Positions 27,999 through 37,778 of a stretch of 64,000 nucleotides of DNA are shown one piece after another. The DNA comes from Alphaproteobacteria bacterium. GTDB taxonomy: Bacteria > Pseudomonadota > Alphaproteobacteria > Caulobacterales > Caulobacteraceae. How positions within the stretch are numbered: position 1 is the first letter of the stretch; each line of letters begins with the position of its first letter. Where the stretch lies: the NCBI GenBank assembly GCA_031367485.1, contig JANLPX010000087.1, positions 3,477 through 67,476 of the forward strand, in the 5' to 3' direction. Both the position numbers and the translations under genes were made by a program. The notes under the pieces are model-generated. The model made no database searches. It was not told the origin of the DNA and was given only the letters and a program-made list of their open reading frames with translations.

Positions 27999-30900
27999 TT
28001 AGAACGAGTACTTCAAGCCGAACTTGACCTGCCAAAGTGATCGGTTCGGTGCATCGGAATTGGCGAAGGTCTTCACTGCCGGGGCAAAGTTGGAATATGT
28101 GTACTTGCCGTTAGCGAGCGCCACACCAACGATCGGTGCCGCATAGAAGAAGTCGACCTGATCAAGAGCTCCCCACTTATCGTTGATCATGTTGCCGACA
28201 TTGATCAGATCGATATAGCCCTGGAGCTTGGCTCCGCCTGGGAAGAAGGCGGGGAACTCTTGGCTAAGGCGCAGGTCGAAGCGGGTGACGTCGTCGTTTC
28301 GGAAGCCGTTTCGCGGCGAGATCTTGCCCGCATACCCGGCTAAGCCAGATGTGCGAATATAGTCATTAAACGCGGCCAGGTTGAAGCCCGCCGCATATCC
28401 AACGATGGGATCGCTGGTCGCTGTCACATTGCCCGTCGAGTCCAGCTTGGGGACGTAGAACAATTGTCGGTTGCCGGCCCCGTCACCGAACGTTGCCAGA
28501 GCATTGGTTGCCGACAAATTGTACACGTAGCTGAATGGCAGGCCCGAGCGATGCTCCATAAAGACCGAAATATTGGTCTTGTTGTCGCCGAAGAATTCCT
28601 TGGTCCAGGAGACGCGGGCCTTGATGGAATGCTTGATTTCATAGTTGGAGGTCGCCAAACCGGGGTTGTTGCTGTCGGCGGTAGCGAGTTGCCCCCAGTT
28701 CGAGAAGGCTACCGAGCTGGTCCCCGGATTCACATCCTTGGCGTCCGTGTTGGTATAGCTGATGCTGGCGTCGATCCCGTTGTCCCATTTCTTGGCGAGA
28801 CTTACGGCCCAGGCGGCTTGGAAGCCCTGGTCGGTGTTGGTCAGAACTAAATCGTTTCCGGTGTCATTGCTGACAGCCCCAGTGACAAATAAGCCGCGCT
28901 CTGCCGCGCGCCGATAGATCGGACGACCGTCAGGGGCGAAGGCACTGGGCGTCAGACCTGCGCGATAGTCTTTCCACAAGACGCCCTTGCGGACATCGCC
29001 CCTCAGGTAATCGAGGGAGAACTGGTAGTTGTCACCCAACCAGCCCAAATTTAGGTCTGAGGAGAAGGTGATGCTACTCTTCCAAGTTTGCACTGGCTGG
29101 AAGCTTGGATCGATGCCGTTGGTGCTGGCCGCACGCTGGATGTTCAGGATGGAGGGTTTGGAGGGATCCAACAGGGCTTCGATGCCGGCAGGAATGTCCA
29201 GATAGTTGGTCAGCTGCGCCAAGACCGCATTGTCCGTCGTACCAGCGGCGAGGCCGCAGTTCGTGTTGGTTTGGTTGCGGAAGCACGAGACGCTCGCACC
29301 CAAGACGCCGGTATTGGAGAAGCTGTTAGACACCCATACAGTGGCCGACCCCCCGGAGAAGAGGCCAAAGCCTCCAGACACGCGCATATTGCGCATGCCA
29401 AATCCGCTGACTTCAGGTTGCCAGTCGGGCTTCCAGTCCACGCTGAGGCGCGGCAGGGTCACGGTCTTACCGTTCAGGTTTTCAGAATTGGAGAACCCGT
29501 AGCGCCTGTTGAAGAAGGGGTTAGCTAAAGGTCGGTCCTGCTGCTCTAGGCGCGTGTAACGCACCCCGGCCGTAACCGAGAGATTAGGCGTCAATCGCAA
29601 CGTATCTTGAGCATAGATGTTCAAGGTGTCGAAGTCGAACTGGGCCGCCAAATCCCGTTCATTACGGAAGCCGTCGCCATTGGCATCGACAATAGCGTTT
29701 TGGTAGGTCAACTGCGTGATCGTGCGGGTCTGAAGATCAGCAATGGTATTGAAAACGAACTCTCCTTCAGTCCGCTGAGCGAAGAGGTTGAAGACCTCCA
29801 GGTTTTCCTTCTCAAGGCCGGCAACAAGTTCATGTTGTCCGGTGTTGAAGAAAACCCGACCCCGATACGTCTGAACGGTATTCTGAAGCTCATTGGCGTG
29901 GCGCGACACGTCAGGACCGGCCAGGATGCGCGTCCCAATTCCTGCGACAGCCGGATTGGCACCAATCGAGAATTGGCCGATCTCATTGACCTCATCTCCG
30001 GCACCGGTTGCATTGCCAGGCGCTCCAGCCACCGGAATCTGAAGGGTAACGACTTCCTTTTTGGTCACCGTGAGCTCGGACCGAAGATTCTCGGTCCAGT
30101 CGGAGTTCAACTGCGCTGTATAGACCTTAAGCGCGTCACCCTTTTGGTAGTAGTTAGAATAAAGGGCGAGCTGGGTCGATGATGACCGATTCCCTTCGAT
30201 GAGGCGGGTGCCCTCAGTTTGTTGGTAGGTCACGGCCAAGCGGTGGTTGTCGGTGATGTTCCAATCCAACTTCACCAGCTTCTTTTCATCAATCTCAGGC
30301 AGCGCGAGATTGTTGAGGATCGAATTAGTCGAGTCGACATTGAAACCATAGACAGAGGCCAAGGCGCTCTGGACGGTTTGGACCTGGGCTGCTGTGATGA
30401 AGGGGATTGCCGCTGCGGGGTTGCCAGCGATCACAGGTTTGCCGGACCCAATCGGTCCAGCTATAGTTCCGCGCTCGGCATCGAACTTTTCGTAGGACGC
30501 GAAGAAGAACAGGCGATCCTTGATGATCGGTCCACCCAATGTGGCGGCCCAGGTCTTTTCCTTGAATATGTTGGTGACCTTACGACCGTCGGTTTCGTCG
30601 CCGATGTAGTCTTGGTCAGAATATTCCCCGACCAGGGTTCCGTGGAAGCTATTCGTTCCCGACTTGGTTACCACATTGATGTTAGCACCCTGGAAGTCGT
30701 TATAGAGCACCGAGTAAGGAGCGAGATTCACCGAAAGAGCTTGCACGGCATCAGTAGAAACAGGACTGCGTTGGGTCGGATACCCGTTAGCGTTCAAGCC
30801 GAAATCATCGTTCTGCTTAACGCCGTCCACCGTGAGGCTGTTGTAGCGATTGCTCACCCCGCCGGCGATCACAGAGTCTAGATTGGCTGGATCAAGCGTC

Positions 30901-31391
30901 ACAAAGGGATTGAGGCGTGCGACGTCCTTGAGGTCGCGCCGCAGGCTCGGGAGTTCTTGAATGTCACTCAGGCCAAAGTTGCTGGTCGGACCGCCGTTTT
31001 CCTCGCGTGCAACTGCGGATGCCGTGACGACAAGCTCCTCGACTTCATTTGAAGCAAAGGTAACGTCAACGTCGGCTGGCGCGCCGATACCTACGGACTG
31101 AACTCGAGCGGTCTCGGATTGGCCGCCAGAGGTTACCGTCACGGTGTATGGACCACCAACGCGAAGGCCGCGGGCCGAGTAATAGCCATCCGATCCCGAA
31201 ACCACTGTGACTGCTGTTCCCGTTGGGACGTGGATTATGGACACCGTCGCTGCAGCCAGCGGCCGCCCGTCTGATCCCGTGACTTGTCCGCGAATGGCCG
31301 ACGTCGTCTCCTGCGCATAGGCCGCGGTCGACATGCCGCAAATGAGCGCACCGAGCGCCGCCCCTTGGGCGAGCTGTCGCAATGAAAGCAT
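27999..31391 (-). CDS. Oar-like TonB-dependent receptor
   Basis: Signal peptide, carboxypeptidase-regulatory-like N-domain (GLRVGGPY), INVVTKSGTNSFHG plug end, C-terminal Phe. Confidence 0.92.
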   Translation of the reverse strand: MLSLRQLAQGAALGALICGMSTAAYAQETTSAIRGQVTGSDGRPLAAATVSIIHVPTGTAVTVVSGSDGYYSARGLRVGGPYTVTVTSGGQSETARVQSVGIGAPADVDVTFASNEVEELVVTASAVAREENGGPTSNFGLSDIQELPSLRRDLKDVARLNPFVTLDPANLDSVIAGGVSNRYNSLTVDGVKQNDDFGLNANGYPTQRSPVSTDAVQALSVNLAPYSVLYNDFQGANINVVTKSGTNSFHGTLVGEYSDQDYIGDETDGRKVTNIFKEKTWAATLGGPIIKDRLFFFASYEKFDAERGTIAGPIGSGKPVIAGNPAAAIPFITAAQVQTVQSALASVYGFNVDSTNSILNNLALPEIDEKKLVKLDWNITDNHRLAVTYQQTEGTRLIEGNRSSSTQLALYSNYYQKGDALKVYTAQLNSDWTENLRSELTVTKKEVVTLQIPVAGAPGNATGAGDEVNEIGQFSIGANPAVAGIGTRILAGPDVSRHANELQNTVQTYRGRVFFNTGQHELVAGLEKENLEVFNLFAQRTEGEFVFNTIADLQTRTITQLTYQNAIVDANGDGFRNERDLAAQFDFDTLNIYAQDTLRLTPNLSVTAGVRYTRLEQQDRPLANPFFNRRYGFSNSENLNGKTVTLPRLSVDWKPDWQPEVSGFGMRNMRVSGGFGLFSGGSATVWVSNSFSNTGVLGASVSCFRNQTNTNCGLAAGTTDNAVLAQLTNYLDIPAGIEALLDPSKPSILNIQRAASTNGIDPSFQPVQTWKSSITFSSDLNLGWLGDNYQFSLDYLRGDVRKGVLWKDYRAGLTPSAFAPDGRPIYRRAAERGLFVTGAVSNDTGNDLVLTNTDQGFQAAWAVSLAKKWDNGIDASISYTNTDAKDVNPGTSSVAFSNWGQLATADSNNPGLATSNYEIKHSIKARVSWTKEFFGDNKTNISVFMEHRSGLPFSYVYNLSATNALATFGDGAGNRQLFYVPKLDSTGNVTATSDPIVGYAAGFNLAAFNDYIRTSGLAGYAGKISPRNGFRNDDVTRFDLRLSQEFPAFFPGGAKLQGYIDLINVGNMINDKWGALDQVDFFYAAPIVGVALANGKYTYSNFAPAVKTFANSDAPNRSLWQVKFGLKYSF

Positions 31392-31558
31392 CTGAAGTCC
31401 CCTTGATAAGGTCGCACTGGACCAGCGCCCCCAAGGCGCGATCTCTTAACGGCGAGCTAATAGCCTGGAATCAGACCTAAGGGGTAACGCTTTTGTGACA
31501 GTTAGAAACTTCCTTGGGGTGCTGCACGAAAGACACGCGTTCCAAGACGCTATGCGCC

Positions 31559-32140
31559 CTAGGAGCGTCCACCCCATACCTGTTTCAGCCGCGCGTCGCG
31601 CCCGCAACCAACGCGATAGGCGTTGTAATGCAGGGGGTTTTTGACGGCGTAGTCCTGGTGATACCCCTCGCCCATCCAGAAGGTTGCTCCCGGTAAGATC
31701 TTGGTGGCAACAGGACGCCCTAAGGTCTTGGCGGCCTGGGCCTTGACCTGTTCGGCGGCCGCCCGTTCGGTAGGGTCGGACGTGAAAACGGCAGTGCGAT
31801 AGGACGGGCCTTGGTCGCAGATTTGCCCGTTAGGGTCAGTCGGGTCGATGTGGCGGAAGAAGGTGGTGACGAGCTGCGCGTAGCTAGTCTTGGCGGGGTC
31901 ATAGGTGACTTTGATTGCCTCCAAATGACCCTCATGATTTTCGTAATTTGGATTGCGAGATGCCCCGCCGGCATAGCCCACGACCACTGCTTTTACGCCG
32001 GGCGCGTGCTCAATGTCATGCTCAGCCGACCAGAAACACCCCCCTGCAAAGATGGCGGTCTTATAGGCATCAGCGGCAGGAGCCGCACTGGCGATGGACA
32101 AGGCCAAGGCGGCGGTTGCGACGAAGATCGGTCGGTTCAT
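31559..32140 (-). CDS. msrA: Peptide-methionine (S)-S-oxide reductase, exported
   Basis: AGGCFW, EGYHQDY; signal peptide MNRPIFVATAALAL (start 32140). Confidence 0.92.
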   Translation of the reverse strand: MNRPIFVATAALALSIASAAPAADAYKTAIFAGGCFWSAEHDIEHAPGVKAVVVGYAGGASRNPNYENHEGHLEAIKVTYDPAKTSYAQLVTTFFRHIDPTDPNGQICDQGPSYRTAVFTSDPTERAAAEQVKAQAAKTLGRPVATKILPGATFWMGEGYHQDYAVKNPLHYNAYRVGCGRDARLKQVWGGRS

Positions 32141-32193
32141 TTTCTTAGTCTCACCTCGTAGCGACGGTCGGGAAGGACCGTTCATCAGACCCA

Positions 32194-32219
32194 TACGCGC
32201 CAGCTTGGTCAAAGGTAAC
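32194..32219 (-). promoter_or_regulatory. SigF(ECF16)-type promoter of msrA
   Basis: GTTACC-N16-CGTA on the minus strand. Confidence 0.6.
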
Positions 32220-32254
32220 ACTGGGCACCCGGTTTTCAGCAGAAGGCTAGGCGT

Positions 32255-32280
32255 GTAACCCTAGGAGCGAGTCTTGCGAA
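32255..32280 (+). promoter_or_regulatory. SigF(ECF16) autoregulatory promoter
   Basis: Exact GTAACC-N16-CGAA just upstream of the sigma gene. Confidence 0.75.
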
Positions 32281-32290
32281 TAAAGGGAGA

Positions 32291-32845
32291 TTGCTCGGTT
32301 TGGCTGCCGATCTTGAGGATCGACTAAGGGCGCTGATGGTCGCAGGCCAGGGCGGCGATGTTGGCGCGTGGCGCGAACTGCTTTCGGTATTGGGCCGTCA
32401 GCTTCGCAGCTATTTCGGGCGTCGAATGGACGTCAGTGCACAGGCTGATGTGGAGGACTTAGTGCAAGAAACCCTAATGGCGATCCATCGCCGCCGCATG
32501 ACCTATGATGCCACTCAGCCGTTCACGGCCTGGGCCTACGCTGTTGCGCGCTACAAAATGATCGACTTCTGGCGGCGCAGTAAGAACCGCAGGCACGTGC
32601 CGATCGATGATGTGGCCGATTGGCTGCAAGACGGTTCCTCCGCCGAAGATGGCGCTGTTCGGGCGGACCTGACGCGATTGCTATCCGTCCTGCCCGAGCG
32701 CCAGCAGCGCTTGGTGCGCGATGTAAAAATTGAAGGCCTGAGTCTAGCCGAAGCTGGCATGAGGATGGGGATTAGCGAGGGTGCTGCCAAGGTCGCCCTG
32801 CACAGGGCCATGAAGGTGCTGACCGAGGGAGCAAGCAGCGCATGA
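32291..32845 (+). CDS. sigF: ECF sigma factor, SigF/ECF16 type
   Basis: EDLVQETL..IH.RR.TYD...PFTAW, region 4 KVALHRA; coupled to an NrsF-like gene. Confidence 0.85.
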   Translation: MLGLAADLEDRLRALMVAGQGGDVGAWRELLSVLGRQLRSYFGRRMDVSAQADVEDLVQETLMAIHRRRMTYDATQPFTAWAYAVARYKMIDFWRRSKNRRHVPIDDVADWLQDGSSAEDGAVRADLTRLLSVLPERQQRLVRDVKIEGLSLAEAGMRMGISEGAAKVALHRAMKVLTEGASSA

Positions 32846-33480
32846 AGACTGAGGATCTGATCGAAGCCTTGGCGATGGATGCTGGCCCCGCCCCCGCCGT
32901 CGCACCGCGCCTGTGGTCAGCAGGTGGCTTGGGTATCGTTGCGGCCTTGCCCCTGACGATTGTCTGGCTAGGACTTCGACCAGACTTATCCGACGCCATG
33001 GGAACCATGATGTTCTGGACCAAGGCAATCTATACGGTGATCTTGAGTCTGGCGGGTTTCTGGTGCGTCGAGCAGTTGTCGCGGCCCGTGGGATCAGCGC
33101 GGCGCGGCGTGGTCTTAGGCATTAGCGTTGTCACGGTGTTGCTTGTCGCGGGCCTTTGGCAATTCCTGAGCGCCGCGCCCGCCGATCAGATGCCGATTCT
33201 GATGGGCAAGTCCTGGACCCGCTGTCCTCGAAACGTGCTGGTTTTGGCTTTACCGATCCTCGCCGCGACGCTCTGGGTCGTGCGTGGGATGGCCCCGACA
33301 CGCCTCGCCAGCGCGGGGGCGGCAGCGGGACTGTTTGCCGGAGGATTGGCCGCCACCGTCTATGGCCTCCACTGTCCAGAGCACACCATGGCTTTTGTCG
33401 CGGCCTGGTACAGCCTCGGCGTTGGTCTTGTTACAGGCCTGGGTGCTGTCATAGGGCCTTGGGCCCTGCGTTGGCGCTAA
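32842..33480 (+). CDS. nrsF: Anti-sigma factor NrsF (DUF1109)
   Basis: MKTEDLI N-terminus, about 6 TM segments, APTR, two conserved Cys (RCP, YGLHCPE), WY. Confidence 0.88.
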   Translation: MKTEDLIEALAMDAGPAPAVAPRLWSAGGLGIVAALPLTIVWLGLRPDLSDAMGTMMFWTKAIYTVILSLAGFWCVEQLSRPVGSARRGVVLGISVVTVLLVAGLWQFLSAAPADQMPILMGKSWTRCPRNVLVLALPILAATLWVVRGMAPTRLASAGAAAGLFAGGLAATVYGLHCPEHTMAFVAAWYSLGVGLVTGLGAVIGPWALRWR

Positions 33481-34121
33481 GCTAGGGCGACTTCAAACAC
33501 CGCTTCAGTCTTCGAGCGAATTTCATCGAGGGTCACGCCGTCAGCCAGCGCCACCAGTTTTACGGGGGACTTTCCGCGATTGATCTCGAAGACACCAAGG
33601 TCAGTAATCAAGTGATCAACCACGCCCTTGCCAGTCAGCGGCAGAGTGCAGGCCTTAAGCAGCTTTGGCGCACCAGATTTCTCCACATGGTCCATGACAA
33701 CCACCACGCGCTTGACTCCCGCCACCAGGTCCATCGCCCCGCCCATGCCCTTAACGACCTTGCCAGGCACCATCCAGTTGGCAAGGTCGCCAGTCTGCGA
33801 CACCTGCATGCCGCCCAGAATGGACAGGGCGATATGGCCTCCCCGGATCATGGCGAAGCTGTCAGCCGACGAGAAATATGAGGACGAGTCCAATTCGGTA
33901 ATGGTCTGTTTGCCGGCATTGATCAGGTCGGCATCTTGTTCGCCCTCATAGGGAAAGGGTCCCATGCCCAGCATGCCGTTCTCTGACTGCAGGGTGACGT
34001 GGATGCCAGCGGGAATGTAGTTGGCGACTAGGGTCGGGATACCGATCCCCAGGTTCACATAGTATCCATCGCGCAGTTCTTGGGCGGCGCGGGCGGCCAT
34101 CTGTTCACGGGTCCAGGCCAT
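33477..34121 (-). CDS. scoB: 3-oxoacid CoA-transferase subunit B
   Basis: VNLGIGIP, LQSENG, KGMGGAMDL. Confidence 0.93.
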   Translation of the reverse strand: MAWTREQMAARAAQELRDGYYVNLGIGIPTLVANYIPAGIHVTLQSENGMLGMGPFPYEGEQDADLINAGKQTITELDSSSYFSSADSFAMIRGGHIALSILGGMQVSQTGDLANWMVPGKVVKGMGGAMDLVAGVKRVVVVMDHVEKSGAPKLLKACTLPLTGKGVVDHLITDLGVFEINRGKSPVKLVALADGVTLDEIRSKTEAVFEVALA

Positions 34122-34122
34122 G

Positions 34123-34842
34123 TTAAGAGCCCACCTTGTCTGCGCGCGGTCGGGTCGTCACCCGCTCAATCCGCTTTTCAAATTTCGCACCGGCCAGAAG
34201 GCGATCCACATAGATGCCCGGCGTGTGGATATTGTCCTTGTCCAGACCGCCAACAGGAACAATGTGCTCCACCTCGGCGACGCAGACCTTGCCCGCCGTG
34301 GCCATCATTGGATTGAAGTTGCGCGCGGTCTTTCGATAGACAAGATTGCCCTCGGCATCGCCCTTCCAGGCCTTGACGATGGATAGATCAGCGGTCAGCC
34401 CACGTTCCATGACATAGTCTTCGCCATCGAACTCCCGGATTTCCTTGCCCTCAGCGACCAAGGTTCCAACCCCGGTCTTGGTGAAGAATGCTGGAATGCC
34501 AGCACCACCGGCCCGAATACGCTCAGCCAGGGTGCCCTGCGGGTTGAACTCAAGCTCCAAAGCGCCTGAGAGGTAGAGCTGCTCGAACAGCTTGTTCTCG
34601 CCCACATAAGACGAGATCATTTTCTTGATCTGGCCGCTCTCCAATAGGATGCCCAGGCCGAAGCCATCAATCCCACAATTATTGGATACCACGGTCAGGT
34701 GCTTGGTGCCCGCCACGCGGATCGCCGCGATGAGGTTCTCTGGAATACCACAGAGGCCGAAGCCTCCGGCCATGATGGTCATGCCGTCAAAGAGGACACC
34801 CGCCAGGGCATCGACAGCGTCTTTCTGGATTTTGTCAGCCAT
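34123..34842 (-). CDS. scoA: 3-oxoacid CoA-transferase subunit A
   Basis: GGFGLCGIPE, PQGTLAERIRAGGAGIP, ARNFNP. Start ATG 34842. Confidence 0.93.
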   Translation of the reverse strand: MADKIQKDAVDALAGVLFDGMTIMAGGFGLCGIPENLIAAIRVAGTKHLTVVSNNCGIDGFGLGILLESGQIKKMISSYVGENKLFEQLYLSGALELEFNPQGTLAERIRAGGAGIPAFFTKTGVGTLVAEGKEIREFDGEDYVMERGLTADLSIVKAWKGDAEGNLVYRKTARNFNPMMATAGKVCVAEVEHIVPVGGLDKDNIHTPGIYVDRLLAGAKFEKRIERVTTRPRADKVGS

Positions 34843-34935
34843 AGAGAGAAGGTTTACGCCGCAGCGCAGCAATTGGAAATACTCGGTTGGAAATTCAGAC
34901 GCGCAAATCTCAATCTGGCAGTTCATAATCGCGCG

Positions 34936-36795
34936 ATGAACGGACATGGCCTCCTTATCCAAGCCCTGGTCTATCTGACCGCCGGGGTCGTTTCTGTACC
35001 GATCGCCAAGCGTTTGGGGTTGGGTTCAGTGCTGGGTTATCTGATTGCCGGCGTGCTGGTCGGCCCCTTCCTGCTGAACTTGGTGGGTCAGGCCCAGGAC
35101 GTTATGCGGTTTGCTGAGTTTGGAGTCGTGATCCTGCTGTTCCTGATCGGACTCGAAGTCAGGCCAGCCCTACTTTGGCGCATGAAAACCGCAATCTTCG
35201 GTCTTGGCGGAGCGCAACTTGTCCTAACAGCGGCCTTGTTCGCAGGGATTGGCCTCGCCCTTGGTATGGATTGGCGAACCGCTTTGGCTGTCGGATTGGT
35301 GCTGGCCATGTCCTCAACCGCCATCGTCCTGGCCAATTTGGAGGAGAAGGGACTACGCCAAGGCCCGGTCGGTGAGGCCACGTTTGGCGTGCTGCTCTTT
35401 CAAGACTTGGCTGTGATTCCACTCTTCACGCTCTTGCCGTTGCTCGCGATTTATCCTGCGGTAGCCAGTGCTGCCGGTGAGCACGCAACCTCGCTGCTTG
35501 ACGGCCTGCCGGGCTGGATCCGGGCGCTGTCGGTGTTGGCAGCGGTGCTAGCCGTGGTAGTAGGCGGCCGTTACCTGACGATGCCCATTTTCAGGTTCAT
35601 AGCGGCCGCACGGTTGCGGGAGATTTTCACTGCATTTGCCTTGCTGCTGATCGTTGGCGTTGCAGCGTTGATGCAAATGGTAGGGCTGTCGCCAGCACTC
35701 GGAGCTTTTTTGGCGGGCGTCATGCTGGCCGAAAGCGAATTTCGCCGCGAGCTCGAGACCGATATCGAACCCTTCCGTGGGCTATTTCTGGGACTGTTCT
35801 TCATAACGGTTGGAGCCGGTTTGGACTTCGGCGTTGTGGCCAAAGAACCTAGCATTTTACTTGCCTTGGTATGCGGCCTCATGGCGCTCAAGGCTGTTGC
35901 AATGTACGCGGCTGCTCGTCTATTCGGCCTTGGTCATCGCCCGGCTGCGACGACAGCGGTGGCGCTGGCGCAAGGCGGCGAATTTGCCTTCGTGCTCTTA
36001 TCTTTCACGGTCGGAGCAGGTGTGATCGCCCCGGACCTTTCCAAGCTATTGGCCGCCGCAGTGGCAGTCTCCATGGCGTTCACCCCCCTGGCCTTTGGAC
36101 TTTTTGAGCGGTTGGTTTTGAACAGGAATGCCCCCTTAGGCCGGGAGCCCGAGAACATTCCCTTCGATGAGGGTGATCCTCAGGCCATCGTCGCGGGCTT
36201 TGGACGATTTGGTCAGGTCGCAACCCGACTATTGTTGGCCAACGATTTTCGCGTCGTGACCTTGGATTCCAGCATTGAGCAGATCGACCTGCTGCGCCTG
36301 TTTGGTCGCAAGGTGCACTATGGTGATGCGAGCCGCATCGACCTGCTGCGTACCGCCGGTGCCGAGAAAGCCAAACTGTTGGTGGTGGCCATTGATGATC
36401 AGGACAAGGCCATCGAGATGGTTGAGGCGGCACGGCAGGCGTTTCCGGATCTCACGATTTTGGCGCGCGCCTGGGACAGACGCCATGCCTATGACCTGTT
36501 GAAGAAAGGTGCCGATGAGGTGGAGCGTGAAACCTTTGAAGGTGGCCTAAGAATGGGTGAGCGCGCGTTGAAGCAGTTGGGATTCTCGCCTAAGCGCGCG
36601 CATCGCGCGGCAGGTTTGTTTCGTAAGCATGACGTGGCCTCCTTTGATCGCTTAGCCCCGATCTGGGGTGAGGATCGCTATATCCTGGCCAGCCGCGACT
36701 CCGCGGAGACCATGGAGCGACTGCTACGCGCCGACTTAGAGCAGATGAAGCTGGATGACGAGGAAGAGGCAGCCGCGCCGACAGCAAACACCTGA
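34936..36795 (+). CDS. KefB/KefC-like CPA2 potassium efflux antiporter
   Basis: LGSVLGYL, AEFGVV, FQDLAVIP, ELETDIEPF, GFGRFGQ, RETF. Start ATG 34936. Confidence 0.92.
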   Translation: MNGHGLLIQALVYLTAGVVSVPIAKRLGLGSVLGYLIAGVLVGPFLLNLVGQAQDVMRFAEFGVVILLFLIGLEVRPALLWRMKTAIFGLGGAQLVLTAALFAGIGLALGMDWRTALAVGLVLAMSSTAIVLANLEEKGLRQGPVGEATFGVLLFQDLAVIPLFTLLPLLAIYPAVASAAGEHATSLLDGLPGWIRALSVLAAVLAVVVGGRYLTMPIFRFIAAARLREIFTAFALLLIVGVAALMQMVGLSPALGAFLAGVMLAESEFRRELETDIEPFRGLFLGLFFITVGAGLDFGVVAKEPSILLALVCGLMALKAVAMYAAARLFGLGHRPAATTAVALAQGGEFAFVLLSFTVGAGVIAPDLSKLLAAAVAVSMAFTPLAFGLFERLVLNRNAPLGREPENIPFDEGDPQAIVAGFGRFGQVATRLLLANDFRVVTLDSSIEQIDLLRLFGRKVHYGDASRIDLLRTAGAEKAKLLVVAIDDQDKAIEMVEAARQAFPDLTILARAWDRRHAYDLLKKGADEVERETFEGGLRMGERALKQLGFSPKRAHRAAGLFRKHDVASFDRLAPIWGEDRYILASRDSAETMERLLRADLEQMKLDDEEEAAAPTANT

Positions 36796-36839
36796 GCGAG
36801 ACTTTCCGAACCCTCTGCCACAGGTGTAGAAACCTAGAC

Positions 36840-37775
36840 ATGACCCAGACTTCGATCACACCGGTTTCGTTCAAGGATTTCTCCGCCAACTTCGCCGGTT
36901 TCAGTGATGCCTTGGGACAGAGCTTCGCGCGCTACGGCTTTGCGGTAATCTCCGACCACGACCTTGACCAGATCCGCGTTGAGGCAGCCGGCACCGCCGC
37001 CAAGACGTTTTTCACCCTGCCTGAAGACATCAAACGCAGCTATATCACCAGTACAGGCGGGCAACGCGGTTACACCGCTTTTGGCATCGAGACCGCCAAG
37101 GGCGGGCTTCACTTCGATCTTAAAGAGTTCTGGCATACCGGCCGAGACCTGCCACAAGGCCACCCCTTCTGCGAGGTCATGCCTGCCAATGTCTGGCCGG
37201 CTGAAGTACCCGAATTTCATAGCCAAGTTGCTTGGCTCTACCAGTCTCTCGATGCGTTGGGGCAGAGGGTGCTGGAAGCTATAGCCGTCTATCTGAAGCT
37301 GGATCGCAGCTTCTTCTCCACCGCAGTTGATGACGGAAATTCAATTCTGCGGATGCTGCACTATCCGCCAGTGCCGCTGGACGGGCCCAATATTCGAGCC
37401 GGGGCGCACGAAGACATCAACGTGATCACCCTTTTGCTCGGTGCCGAAGAAGCAGGCCTAGAGGTGTTGGATCGCGACGGTCAATGGTTGGCGATTAACC
37501 CGCCTGCAGGCTCTGTCGTCTGCAATATAGGCGATATGCTTCAGCGGCTAACAAATCGAGTCTTGCCCTCCACAACGCATAGGGTGGTGAACCCTGCTCC
37601 AGAACGCCGTGGCCTACCGCGCTACTCCACCCCGTTTTTCTTGCATTTCAATCCAGATTTCGAGATTGCGACCCTAAAGTCGTGCATTGGCCCGGACAGG
37701 CCCTCGCTCTATCCTTTGCCGATCAGCGCCCATGATTTCCTTCACGAACGCCTGCGCGAGATTAAGCTGCTCTAG
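36840..37775 (+). CDS. 2-oxoglutarate/Fe(II) dioxygenase, isopenicillin N synthase-like
   Basis: HYPP, AHED (HxD), NIGDMLQRLTN, STTHRV, RYS. Confidence 0.92.
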   Translation: MTQTSITPVSFKDFSANFAGFSDALGQSFARYGFAVISDHDLDQIRVEAAGTAAKTFFTLPEDIKRSYITSTGGQRGYTAFGIETAKGGLHFDLKEFWHTGRDLPQGHPFCEVMPANVWPAEVPEFHSQVAWLYQSLDALGQRVLEAIAVYLKLDRSFFSTAVDDGNSILRMLHYPPVPLDGPNIRAGAHEDINVITLLLGAEEAGLEVLDRDGQWLAINPPAGSVVCNIGDMLQRLTNRVLPSTTHRVVNPAPERRGLPRYSTPFFLHFNPDFEIATLKSCIGPDRPSLYPLPISAHDFLHERLREIKLL

Positions 37776-37778
37776 GGT

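Noticed and set aside
7822-36795. Two Kef-type antiporters as a recent duplication
   Set aside because: The proteins are clearly divergent and in separate contexts; these are ordinary paralogues.
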